Shown here piece after piece: positions 1 to 12,200 of a DNA stretch of 64,000 nt. Under the pieces are notes generated by a model. That model was not told where the DNA came from and searched no databases. It saw only the letters and a list, made by a program, of their open reading frames with translations. Location: positions 14,096,101 through 14,160,100 of the forward strand of contig NC_092677.1 in NCBI RefSeq assembly GCF_964355755.1, given 5' to 3'. A program made the position numbers and the translations under genes. The stretch is from Antedon mediterranea. Taxonomy: Eukaryota > Animalia > Echinodermata. The number at the start of each line of letters is the position of its first letter. Within the stretch, counting starts at the first letter, position 1.

Positions 1-135
1 ATCATCATGGCTTAGTATATGCTTTCAGACCATTTCACCCTCTAGCTGATACTGTTTTATGAAAATGATTCTTATATTGTAGATTGGTTGATTGATTGTT
101 ATATATAATGTACTATTATTTTCTCTTCTTTTCAG

Positions 136-213
136 TTCTCATCATTTTACCTTAAAGGTAAAGGAATGACGAATTTCACACAAGAGTACCTGCTTTGGCA
201 CTATTTTGGCAAG
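136..213 (+). CDS. NDRG: NDRG-family protein, internal exon (gene starts upstream of window)
   Basis: ttcag|...|gtaata; FSSFYLKGKGMTNFTQEYLLWHYFGK matches the invertebrate NDRG GMT...YLxWHxFG motif. Confidence 0.9.
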
Positions 214-530
214 GTAATAGTGATAGTTGCACCTTAAATTGCTGGTAAACGGAACGCAGTTATGTGGGTTTTGTTCTGTTTTGGTAGCTTTTAGGTTTCA
301 TAAATCAGTTTCCTAAATGCTAGAAAAATTCAATTTTATTATTATTGGTCGATTAATGTTTGATCTATTGTTTCAGTTATATGTTAAGTTAATAGCCTAT
401 AGATAACCATCATACGTTTGTATACTACAAACATGATGAAATAACTATGTATGCAGTAAGAAATTAGTCCAGAGTGGGTATTGAGTTGAATACTGTAAGA
501 ATATTATTGTAAATAAGGAAAGAATAATTG

Positions 531-702
531 AAGGAACATTTACACAGGCGAGCGGTAATTAGGGTGGAAAACCAAGTAGCTTCTGTATCTATCCTGAGAA
601 CTGCCCACCTGTACTTCGTTTTGTGTAAATGGTCATAAGGAATAACAACATCGATTCTAAATTTTTATACTGTTACCGATCGTCTGTGTAAATTGGCCTT
701 TA
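531..702. mobile_element. Degenerate MITE (Harbinger-like)
   Basis: imperfect inverted ends atttacacaggcgagcggtaa / ttaccgatcgtctgtgtaaat. Confidence 0.5.
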
Positions 703-768
703 GGTGTAAACTTCATTTTTGTCACACCTTGGCGGTATGCCTAAAAAGTGTTTTCTATGTTTTAACAG

Positions 769-872
769 AAAACCCTTGAATCAAATCATGACTTAGTAGC
801 TGTGTATAGAGAAAATCTAGCAAAAAGTGTGAATTCTGCAAACTTAGCACAGTTTATCAACACCTATATCAA
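769..872 (+). CDS. NDRG: NDRG-family protein, internal exon
   Basis: aacag|...|gtaagt; KTLESNHDLVAVYRENLAKSVNSANLAQFINTYI(K); phase-compatible with neighbouring exons. Confidence 0.9.
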
Positions 873-1001
873 GTAAGTATTATACTATCAAAAGGAGAAT
901 TACTTTAAAAAATGACAATTATACTTATATGTATGATATCTTAGAAGAGAATGAGAGACAACATCCCTCCCCATCCTTCTTTCTTATTTTGTTACTTACA
1001 G

Positions 1002-1119
1002 GAGGACAGATCTTAATATTGTACGAGAGTTAGACAAGGGTAAGAAGAAAAATGCAAGAACGCTCAAGTGCAACACCATGCTTATATGTGGTAAAAACTC
1101 TCCACACATTAACGACACT
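1002..1119 (+). CDS. NDRG: NDRG-family protein, internal exon
   Basis: tacag|...|gtgagt; RTDLNIVRELDKGKKKNARTLKCNTMLICGKNSPHINDT (NDRG RxDLxIxR...TLKC...SP motif). Confidence 0.92.
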
Positions 1120-1179
1120 GTGAGTACTATTCCTTGGACTTGTTATTAATAATAATTCTATGTACTGCGGAAAATCACA

Positions 1180-1315
1180 TACATGTCTCCTGATGAGTTA
1201 AGCACTGCGCTGTTTGTGCACTATTCAAAAAGAGTAGTGGATTATCTTCCGGTATGCTTTACCATGGTCCAGTACTGGAAAACAGACTTGTACAGAAGAA
1301 ATAAATAAATAAACA
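1180..1315 (+). mobile_element. SINE-like 3' fragment
   Basis: GC-richer stretch ending in an (AAAT)n tail inside an intron. Confidence 0.3.
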
Positions 1316-2620
1316 AATTATTAAAATGTCTTTAGATAATGTAGTGTAGTGGTGGCATTCATCACTCGTATACAATCCAGGAATTATTTTCTATCTTTTT
1401 CTCTCTAGCTCCCTCTTTTAAAATTTCAGGCCATAAAGTTGTTAGTCTCCCTCTAGCTTAAAATGATTGTTAAAAAAAAACCTATTCCATACTGCGGAAG
1501 AAGAGAGAATTGGGATTTCATTGACCTTTTGAAATGACTTTCGAGGTACTGTGAAAGAATTGAATTTGTTTACATAAATGATGTTGAAGCCTTAAAATAA
1601 TTAAACCCTCTAGGCTTGCAAATATTAACTAAATTGCTACAACATTAGTATATCTGCCTTAATATCCCATCTTTTGTTCTACCTCCCCCTGTTCCATGTG
1701 GAATTAACAGGTGGGAATATATTTAGTAACATATGTTACATTTACAACAAAGTATATTGCATAACGCCCTCATTCTGTACGTTGTCATCGACAGAAGATT
1801 GTGCCGAATGTTCTTATCTGTTAATTTGTTGGCCTTCAAATAAATTAAAATAATTACCCAGTTATTAAATTTAATTATATAATGGAATATAAAAATAATC
1901 AATTTAAAATCATATGGTTGTTTTGAGGACCTTGACTACTTTGTAAGATGCTATGTTTCATTCATGTGTCATAATGGTAGAAAACCCGAAATCAAGTGAC
2001 AGAAGAGTTGATTTTTTGTTTTGTATAACATCAGTAGTAATGTTTTTATTATTTATTATGAATAAAATAAAACTACACAAATTGTTCTGCACAGATTTAA
2101 ATTTACCTTTCATTTCTGCTTCAAGATGATATAAACATTTTACGACAACATTTCTTTTAAGATGTATATCAATAATAGTATTTCTTTTATTCTTATTGTG
2201 AGTAAAATAAACATAGTTGAATTTATGTTTCTACGACATCGTTGGCTAAATCCACTTATTGGATTCAAGTTAAGATGTTTTGCTCATCAACCTAGGTCTC
2301 TTTATGAGAATGTAGGAGTAGAGTGGTTGTTTGAAGCCATAAAATAAAAACATAACTCAATTTTTTGTTTTTGGCATTTGAAATTCGAAGCAATCTTATT
2401 TGATGAAAATAACATTTTGGAAATTATTTAAATATCATAATAATATTTATTTTAATTCCATAAACAAAAATGTAAAGAAACCATTTTCTTTATTTTGATA
2501 TTGAAAATTAATTTTTTATGATATGATTAAATTGTTCAGCCATTTTTCAGGACAAATTGGGTATGTTCTTATTTACAAAAAATATTATAACACCTAAATA
2601 AAGTATAATTTTGTTCAAAG

Positions 2621-2756
2621 GTTGAGATGAACGGGCGATTAGATCCAGCAAAATCCACATGGGTTAACATCTCAGACTGTGGTGGCATGATCCTTGAGGA
2701 GCAACCCTCCAAGCTTGCCGAGTCTTTCCGTTATTATCTCCAAGGAATAGGTTATG
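2621..2756 (+). CDS. NDRG: NDRG-family protein, exon ending the alpha/beta-hydrolase-like domain
   Basis: caaag|...|gtatgt; VEMNGRLDPAKSTWVNISDCGGMILEEQPSKLAESFRYYLQGIGY, hallmark NDRG sequence (DCGG...QPxKLxExFxYxLQGxGY). Confidence 0.95.
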
Positions 2757-3675
2757 GTATGTATCAACTAAATATTTTTATTACATAAATATTCTAATTT
2801 CTAGAATTCATGGAACACTTGATGGTTTTATTTCTTGACAAGTTTCGATAGCATGTATTCTTTGACAAAATATGTAGTCGGGTTGCTTCCATAAACTGAC
2901 TAGTTGCTATGAAATAGCGCAAATATCAACAAATTGGTTGCCATGGCACATTTAGGTAACAAATTGCTTTATATAGAATGCTCATGACTTTGACAATATA
3001 CTTGTTGCTATGTTACAGCGCTTCTGTCAAAAATTGGTTGAGTACATCTGTCAACTTACTGGTTGCTATGGTCATGTCCACACACGACAAAAGATGTGTA
3101 AAGGCTTCAATTTGATTTCTATATTCTTAAAGATTACAAAAAAAATTAATGTAAATTTTGAATGCTTTCATGCCTATAATTCTCTAAAAAAATTGTTGTG
3201 GCTGTGGCTTCCTCTATGCAAGCAATGATTGAAACCAATGTTCTTCGTTTAAGATTGCTTTTATCTATAATTACAGCAGCAGTATAAACAGCATCATATC
3301 ATTCTCCAATTCCCTATTTGTTTGCTATTTGATATTAAAGATTTGTTCATTCTCACAGATTTCTCATCTTTACCATTAGCCGATCTATTCATTTATTTAT
3401 TTGATCACTAAACGGTTTACAGTTTTTTTCTTTCAATTAAAAATTTGTTTATATATTATTGATCCTTGTTGATTTATACTAAATATGAGGGCGTTGTTTT
3501 CTCGGTCATGTTTTAAGACGTCATACCATCACCATATTTTATAGCATGTTTTTTTCTTTTAGTTAGCCATGAAAGCCTTTGTGATTTTATTTTAGTAGGG
3601 ATGTGATATTTCTAGGTTTGTCTACCCATAGGTACTTAATATATGATAGCTTATGATAGGCTAGTAACCCATGTA

Positions 3676-3823
3676 CAGTCCACTCTCTCAACACCTTTGG
3701 GCTGACCAGAAATGTCTGGTTTTCCGTGGAAGGTCTGGTATTAGGAATGTGTTTTAATGGGTAAATAGAAATTAAGTTTAAGTTTAAAACTTAAGAAACG
3801 TATGGTATTGGGAGAGTTGACTG
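3676..3823. mobile_element. Tc1/mariner-pogo-type MITE
   Basis: TA|CAGTCCACTCTC ... GAGAGTTGACTG|TA: TIRs plus TA duplication. Confidence 0.65.
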
Positions 3824-4634
3824 TAAACTGTTATATTCATTTTGTGAAACTAATAATAATAATTAATGTTACCAGTAATGATCGAAATATGAGTTAATAG
3901 AATATGGTAAGATTTTTATAATATCTGTAATTTATTTTACATAAAAAAAATACATGCAATATAGGAATGGTTTGAAGCATGACACTTTATAACACCTGAT
4001 ATTTCAATTCCATCTCTGACAAATTTTATGTTCAAAAAATTATATTCGTATGAAGTTAAATTATTATTGATTGAAAAAATCAATGAAATATTAGCAGAAA
4101 TACTAAATAAAGTATCCTTTAGCAGCTGTGTGCAACATTTTAATATCATCACCATCGTACCAAATAACAACTGGTTGAAACTAAAAGCTAAGGTTTACAA
4201 TGATACAAAATTATCATAATATTATTGAGCTCGTTTTTTGTTGATGTATTTTATAATGTAATATGCCATTGAGTTTTTATAAGGCAATTGCTTTACCAGA
4301 TGTATTCAATATAACCCGCCTATGAGCATAAGAAATCACTCGAACATGAACACTACATAAATTTAAATTCATTCATTTGTTGAATGTTTCTAACAGTTAT
4401 ACTAAAAAGTTAAATGTATCAATTTCTTTTTTTGTTGTTTCCCAAACTATTAGTTTTAATAAATGAATAAAATTGATATTTATTCACAAAAGACATTCAA
4501 TTTGAAAAGTGGATTAAAAGTAACAAAATTTGCTAAAATATATTTGGTGAAGGACATGGTTTGACTTCTAGGCTCTCTGCAAACTTCCAAAGGTTGATAA
4601 TAAATAATTTTGCCTTTAATGAAATATAGGCATA

Positions 4635-4840
4635 CAGTAGAATCCCTACTATAGAGGACACCTTTAGGAAAAAATGTCTTAATAGTGGGCCTCTAAATAT
4701 GAGTTGTTAGTAACGTTAAAACATATAGCATATAGAAAAAGTATCCCCTTAGTATTAAAGGTGTGCCCTAAATATTGGTTGGCCATAGTGTAAAAGTATC
4801 TAGCCCATCGGTTGTTAGTGTCTTAAAGAATGTTCTACTG
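4635..4840. mobile_element. Tc1/pogo (Tigger-like) MITE
   Basis: TA|CAGTAGAA ... TTCTACTG; internal ggacacc/gtgtccc motifs also in fragments at ~12345-12460, ~28030-28080 and ~32830-32965. Confidence 0.5.
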
Positions 4841-4879
4841 TGTTTATCTTTAACATTTTTCTGTCATAAACATAAAATA

Positions 4880-4979
4880 GCGGTTAGATCCAGCAAAATC
4901 CACATGGGTTAACATCTCAGACAGTGGTGGCATGATCCTCGAGGAGCAAGCCTTCAAACTTGCCGAGTTTTTCTGTCAT
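4880..4979 (+). pseudogene. Intronic partial copy of NDRG exon 2621-2756
   Basis: closely matches ~2634-2733 with scattered substitutions, lacks its own splice sites, bracketed by a 23-bp direct repeat. Confidence 0.85.
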
Positions 4980-6963
4980 AAACGTAAAATTATAGTAAAC
5001 ATTCAATTTGAACTTTGTTCAATTGCGTTTAAAACGTACATAATTCTTTTTCATTTCTGCTTCATTTACCTTTCACAACATGAATTGTAAGTCACAACAA
5101 TCTCATCATCGTTGGTGTTGATTGCTCAGACATTCGTAAATGTGGTGTTAACTTTAGGGTCATTGACCTGTTTCTATGGCAACTGATCCGCAATGAAACT
5201 TGTACTTACGCAAAGCAGAAATTAATAAGTATCAGACAGATACTGTATATTTTATTCCAAAATGAAATATTCATATTATGGGAATAATGTACTTATTTGA
5301 TTATTGTGCATTTTCATCACTTCCATATATAGTAATGTGTACATATTTAGTTGTGATATGCCCATAATGATGTGTATTTGATTGTGATAGACCTTCATCA
5401 CATACTAATGAATAACGATGTGTACATATTTGATCATGGTAAGATTTCATCATGCTGATATATAAAAAATTTACAATATATTTCATATGAATTATATTGG
5501 ACATTTTTGGGGAATAAAATGTTATTTGTATCTGAAATATAATCTAATTTTTTTGTATAATATCTGTTCCTTGAATTACAGCACAGAAATTCCTAGGGGC
5601 TTTGGTTACGAGTCGATCTCTCTAACAAGCCAAAGACTCCCATCGTCATGGTATTACATTTTCATTTTTAACTTTATAGCATTCAAATGGCTCGTCCTAA
5701 TGGCATGTTTATGTGTATGAGAATGTTTCTAACCCAGAAAACCATGGACAAAATTATCATTAAATTATGTTAGCTCAATCTCTAATGTATTTATTGTAGT
5801 CACTTTAAGGGATCATGTGAAAAATACTGCACTTTACTGCAGTAACTTCATGTTGTTTACTCTTTGTTTGTTTACTGTTTATGCAAGAGAAAAAAATAAA
5901 TCAATATTATATACAGTATATACTAATAATATTTGAGATGCATTAAAAAGTATATACAATATTTATTTACCAGATACTGTATGAAATACATTTTTTATTA
6001 TGTCTTGACTTAAATAAGAATGACATGTGTAACTAGTTGAAAAGATTCAGATTTACTGAGCATGAATTATGTCTGAAATTATTACATACATTTTATTACC
6101 ACGCAATGAGAAAAACTGTTTGACCTTCTCTGTGTATTGTATGCTAGAACAACATTATGCATAGAAGTCAATACATTTATACAGCTGTTACTGCAGCAAC
6201 TATAATAAAATTACTTCAGTAAATGGATCTATTATTATCTTTCCTCCTGTCTATTAATTATTGTTTTCACATATGTTTCCATGTTTATTCCTACTGAATA
6301 TTTGTCCTCTTTAGTCCCTCCCCACTCTTCCTCTACACTGTGTAATTTTCCTCATAATATCCCATTTATTTTTACACTCTCTTTTTTATTTTTCTTCACC
6401 ACAGTTTTTCTCTATTTCTTCTTTAATTCTCTCCTCTCTCATTTATTCCTTGTTTTTCTGTGCCCCATCTTTCATCATTTTCCTACTGATTAATATTTGT
6501 TACTTCTTCCACCACCACTCCCCACACCCTTTTCCGACAGTCACTTCCTCATTCTCATTCTTTCAATATACTTCTCTTCATCCATTTTTGTTCCTTAAAC
6601 TTTCCCTTCACCTTTCCCTTAACCTTTCACCTTTTTCTTTGTATATTTCGATAATTGAAATATTCCATCTTTACTGTTAACAACCATGTCAATTTCTTAG
6701 AATTCAATAAAGGCCCTGGGCTGATCATGTGTCAAAATTGATCATCTGTCACCTGTATGCAAATGAATATTGAAATTAATTCAGTTTGTATTTATTTCCA
6801 TTAGCAGATACTAGCCTACAGTAACACAATGTGTCAGGCTATCCAATTTGTATAAACCAAAATATGTAAATTATGTCTTTCTATTCGTTTTTAGTTACCA
6901 CATAAAAATTCTTAAACCTGTTCTATTAATTCTTCTTTTCTGCTTCAATTTTTTAATATCCAG

Positions 6964-6969
6964 GAGTCT
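6964..6969 (+). CDS. NDRG: Candidate 6-nt microexon of NDRG
   Basis: polypyrimidine tract with TGC, then tccag|GAGTCT|gtaagt; frame-preserving; TGCATG at 7002. Confidence 0.55.
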
Positions 6970-7183
6970 GTAAGTTTTTTTGTGTCAGCTTCAACTTGCC
7001 ATGCATGATAATATGTGGCATGAATGTACGGCTAAAAGCTAACATGCTATTAACCAATTAATAGATTTTAAGATCAGATTGTTTACATTTCGAAGCTATA
7101 TTAACCAATTAAAACAAGTCAATGCAGATCTGTGTGTTTAAAGCTATATTCACCAACTAAAATATGAGTTGGGTGTTAATTAA

Positions 7184-7517
7184 AGATGTATTGTCCCTCT
7201 GGACAAAATAATTATTAAAAAAAATGTTTGTTGAATATGGAATTTTAATGTCACTTAATAGTTATCCACTTTGATCGGAAAAAAATGTATTTACAGTACG
7301 TGAAAAAACTGTAAAAAAGTAGTCAAATTGACTGTCAGCAAATGTATTTTTGGTGTTGAATTTAATCATTTTTTTTGTCATTTATTTAAGTCAAAACATA
7401 ATTTTTTTTTAATTGTTTTCCTTACAGAAGTGATTAACTTATTATTACAAAATAACATATTCAAAGTATGATTTAATTGATCTTCATTTTTCATGTTTTT
7501 TGGAGAACAATACATCT
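7184..7517. mobile_element. Non-autonomous Kolobok-type element (short)
   Basis: TTAA|AGATGTATTGTCCC ... GAACAATACATCT|TCAA; same TIR as the element at 43805-45274. Confidence 0.65.
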
Positions 7518-8048
7518 TCAATATCAAAATAGGTTATAGACAATTATTTAATTATTATTTATGTATGGATAATGCATTATTATTTCTGTATAAATGCATC
7601 AGCCTATATCAATCATCTGTTTATTCAGAAACCAAGTCAATTATTGAAATTGTTTCGTACTAGCTCATAAACATGCCAATATTCCACAAATTTATACATA
7701 TAAATATTCGTGGAATGTTGAATCGTTGAATCAATACACTACATATCATACATACGTTGAGCACAATAAACTGTCGTGTTGCGCTTAAAAGCAAATCACG
7801 CACTCGGGTAAAAGCCCGTCCTCTTATGACAGTGGGTTTTTTCTAGGGGGAGAGGGGTGGGGCGGTGCTTTCTCTCCACTTGACCCTTATTTGTCATGAT
7901 TACCATGATTTGTATATTCTAATGTTTCCATGTGTTGCATGCTTTAATCAACCAGTTGTCATAATATTTTACTGTACCCTGTAATATGTATGTATGTCAC
8001 ATTAGAATATTAAATGTTGTACCATACCAAAAAAGAGCATATGTAGCC

Positions 8049-8263
8049 ATGTCAAAATTATTCTACTGTAGTTACTGCAGTAACTACGTTTTCTTTAGAA
8101 TTAAACTATTCAATTATTTAGCAATTTTATTTCGTCATCATCATATACACTGTTTATTGAAGTTGCTGCTTCATGAACTTCTACATTGAAATTGTACTAA
8201 AATCTTTTATTGTGGTAAATAAATTTAGTTACTGCAGTAACTTCAGCAGAATAATTTTGACAT
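8049..8263. repeat. Inverted repeat with 38-bp arms (36/38 identical), possible MITE
   Basis: 8049-8086 versus reverse complement of 8226-8263; each arm contains the palindrome AGTTACTGCAGTAACT. Confidence 0.8.
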
Positions 8264-8924
8264 AAAATGCATGTTAAAGAACAATTTATTAAAGTTTGTC
8301 CAAGGCCCAAATTCTTCCCTGTTCTGTTTTTATAATAAAACTCTGAACCATTTTTCTTTTACACTTCGCCTCTAAAATCAGGTTGAAATTATAAAGATTA
8401 TAGGCGAAAATAATGCAATCTTCGCAGCAGAACAAAGAGACATACAGTCAGCTTTACACGAGAGATGTCCGGGTAATAAAACCGGGTCATGATTAGTGCT
8501 ATTGTGCAATAACGCATTTTACAATGTATTATAACAGTCAAAATCAATGTAGTCCCCATAGAGTGATTTAAATACATTGCAATTGCGTATTATTGTTTTA
8601 CCATTTAAAATGATGTATAAGTGTGTGATTTTCGTAAGTGATATTTCAATAATGTTATACAGCATGTAATTATCGTTTTCAACTAATATAATTTAGTTTT
8701 ATGAATTTATTTCATGATTCGACAGTTTAGAAAATGTGTGGTTGTTATAATTGTGCCTGTAAGCATGCTGTGTGGAAATAACTGTTTTTTGTTTTGTAGT
8801 TTTATTATAGTTTGAATAAAGCAATTAATTTATGATAATGATAATGATATCATAATAGTATTTTTCCCATGTCATAAACCTATATTGTCATTCTCATCAC
8901 CACACTATTAGGACTAATTCAGTT

Positions 8925-9090
8925 CGTCATCATCATTCTCATCATCATCACCATCATGGTCATGATCATTACCATAATCATCATCATCATCATCATCATC
9001 ATTACCGTTATCGTCATCATCATTACCATCATCGTTATAATCATCATCGTCACCATCATCGCCGTCATCATCATCATCATCATCATGATA
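8925..9090. repeat. Imperfect (CAT)n microsatellite
   Basis: direct reading; gives the spurious poly-D/poly-M ORFs. Confidence 0.95.
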
Positions 9091-9180
9091 ATTACAACCA
9101 CCAAACATCACTTAGGCCTATATTATTTCTAACATAATATTACACATTCACCATAGTTTTAATTGCTGTTTTCGTTACAG

Positions 9181-9275
9181 CTGTGAAGTTGAAAGTACTG
9201 GGTCCTGCCAAAGCACAGGAGCAGCCAGACACCTTCAGAATGAAAAAGGGCAACCCAGCACCAGTAATGCTATGA
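9181..9275 (+). CDS. NDRG: NDRG probable terminal coding exon
   Basis: ttttcgttacag acceptor; phase-1 join gives (A)VKLKVLGPAKAQEQPDTFRMKKGNPAPVML*; followed by AT-rich 3' UTR-like sequence with AATAAA (e.g. 10725). Confidence 0.65.
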
Positions 9276-12200
9276 AAAACAAATGATATAGGCATATCTT
9301 CTCATCCATCTTCCCTATTACAACACTTTTTAAGGAACCAACAACCTAGAGAATAACTAACCCTGACAACAAAAGATAAAAGAATTACATTTTGAGAGAT
9401 ACTCGAGGTTCCAACAAAAAAAGGCAATAAAATATAATTGATTGTGATTGTAAAATGTTTTAATAATGTTAAAATTGAAATTATTTTTAAGTAAATATAT
9501 TGTTTGCATATATTATATAAATGAAAAACACTAATTTCTATGTCAAAAGAATAAATTAAATATTGTGGCCGTTACCGTTTACTGTCAAAATTGCTACTGT
9601 AGATAAAATATAATTGCAAAATAATGAACGCGGCAATTTGCTTAATATTGGCACATATGGCGTTCCATATGTATACTTGAGCATTCAATACAGATATATA
9701 TGTATATATAAAAATATGCTGATAAATAGATATTATATTCCTATGTATATGACGTGAAGAAATTGATTCAATACAAGACTTTCTAGTTAAATAAGATTTA
9801 AATTCGATGGTGAATCATTGATTCTATGCCACTACCGAGGTTCGCAAATATATTCTAAAATCCGAGAAGATTTAACTTGCTCTACTCTGCTTAATAAAGA
9901 CGAAACTATATTTAAAAAACATAAATTATACACACAATAATGTCTAATTATTAATATTCGAATTCGTGACAGTGTATAAGTTACGAAGTGTTTTGTTTTT
10001 AAGCCACAATTACTATGTATTCGGTAATTATACCGTACTAACTGAGAGAACATTTGGTTGGTTTTTCTTAGCAATTTACGAAATAAAATTTGAAATTGTT
10101 CTCTTATATATCGGACCAAGTTTAGATTTGAAAAAGACGGATAATTTTATCATTGATGAAGTCAATTAAGTTGATTTTTTTCGGGCTACACTGGTTTTAA
10201 ATGAAAGGTTGCTCTCGTGCAGAAAGTCACATGGATAATGTTTAAAAATGTCCAGCACGTAGATATACAGTTGTTATATACAAAAGCGGATAACCATTTA
10301 TAGTATGTATGCGAATGACCGATTAGTGTAAACTAAACCACAATCATTCGTGTCCAATACTCGCGTATCGATGTGTCTTTATTTCTCCCTGGATTTAAAC
10401 GACCGATAATTTATCTATGCAGTTAACGCAACTTCGCTCTTGTGTTCTGTTTTTTTCGTTTGCGTTACAAAGTAATTCGTTATTACCACTATAAAATATT
10501 CGATCAATGTTTTTGTTCATGGTATATACAGTATGGTCATATGCAGTTTTTAATATATATTGCGTTACATTTATCGTCATTGCGTCAACCACCGGGTCGC
10601 ATAAATTGTGATATTAGTTCAAAGCTATATAATCTCAATATTGAAAACGCGTTTTTGTACTTGATACATCCATGCGGTGGTGTATATTGTGTCAAAATCA
10701 TGTTTAAATTTGTATTGATTTATGAATAAACTGTGTAATATTTTTTGTTCCGCTTTATAAAAAAGAATAATAAGCAATGCAATTGTATAATGGATCTATT
10801 CAAGATAATCATAGCAGCTATAGTAAGATTTATTTGATGTAGTGAACGTATGTAATATCATTAAAAATTCACAAAGAAATTGAATACACTCAAGTTCTAG
10901 TAATTGTGTTTATTAGTAACGTTTCTGAAATATAAAGCTGTTGTATATAGTTGGTTTTGGAACGAGTTATTTCGAGTCACCCGTACACTAGTACAGATTT
11001 TGTACTGCATTAATTACTTTATTATTGTACTTTTGTGCTTGCATGTCTTTGCTAAAACGCGTATTTCGAATATACAACGTGGCTTACATTTTTTTAGGGA
11101 AAGGTGAGATTATAAATTCAGTAAAAAGCAATGAGTTTCTACGTCAAAGGTGTAGTTAAAATACCATTAAACTTCTCCAACGAGTAAATACCCTCTGTTA
11201 TCTCATGTCCATGGTTATCTATACATGATTTGAATGTGATATGAATCGGTTCTTTCAGCGGCGCGTGCTAATTGTGTTGGAATTTATACAGCAATCTGGC
11301 TGATGCGTCATTGACCGTCACAAATCGTTTGCGACATCACCAAAGACGTGCGTTCAACAACCGACAGCATTGCTTTTAGTACGCGCGTGTACATTTTGTG
11401 ATGATAATGGATATTATGATAGCTTACTTAGTAGCCTAATGTAACTGTAAGCGTAAATTGAATATCTTTATTTTATGTTCTTTTTAATTTAGCCCGTGTT
11501 TTTGATATTCGATCCATCGTTGCAGTAGAAATACCGCTTAAACAGTCGACACCCAGCCGTCGATAAATATAGGTAGCAGGTCGTATCAATATTTTTCCAT
11601 CCCGTACGCCTGCTAAAATAATATGCGAAAATATTTTACTTGTGACCCTAATTAACTGTTGGTGGACCTTCTAATTCTGTCTTTTTATGAATGACAGATT
11701 GGCCATGTTGGATAATAATTATGCTAAGTGCGATTTGACGTCATCGAACTTTACTGACCACGATGTAAATTAGAACATTTGCATTGTTTTTCAATGTTTT
11801 TAGATTTCTTATATTTCCCTATCTCATCAATTAACATTATTACATTTTCATGTTTACCTCGATGCTTACGAACTTTGTAAAAAAAAAAAACCGTAAAATG
11901 ATCTGTCAAGCGGCACTGAACCTCTACGCGGTGCCGCTATCGACTTAACGGTGCACATAATGAAGGAATGCGTTAGTTTATTGATTGTGTTTTCATAGTC
12001 GAACACTGTGATCCACCAAGGAGTTGTTATAGTTGACTTAACTCCTTGAATACACTTACGGTATTAACCGAATGGAATTTATTTCAGAAATACTAGATTC
12101 ACCTGAATGTAATGTGAACATTATATTAGGCCTAGCTGGACTACATTCTGTGAAACCCTTGCATAGATATATGTTTTATTAGCTTAATGATTTATGGAAA

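Noticed and set aside
6230-6740. F/L/S-rich ORFs and a possible acceptor at 6700 (EFNKGPGLIMCQN*)
   Set aside because: Low-complexity pyrimidine tract; no homology or other support for exon status.
7035-7165. Three degenerate ~45-50 bp repeats containing aagctatattaaccaat
   Set aside because: Short decayed tandem repeat; CCAAT alone is not enough to call a promoter.
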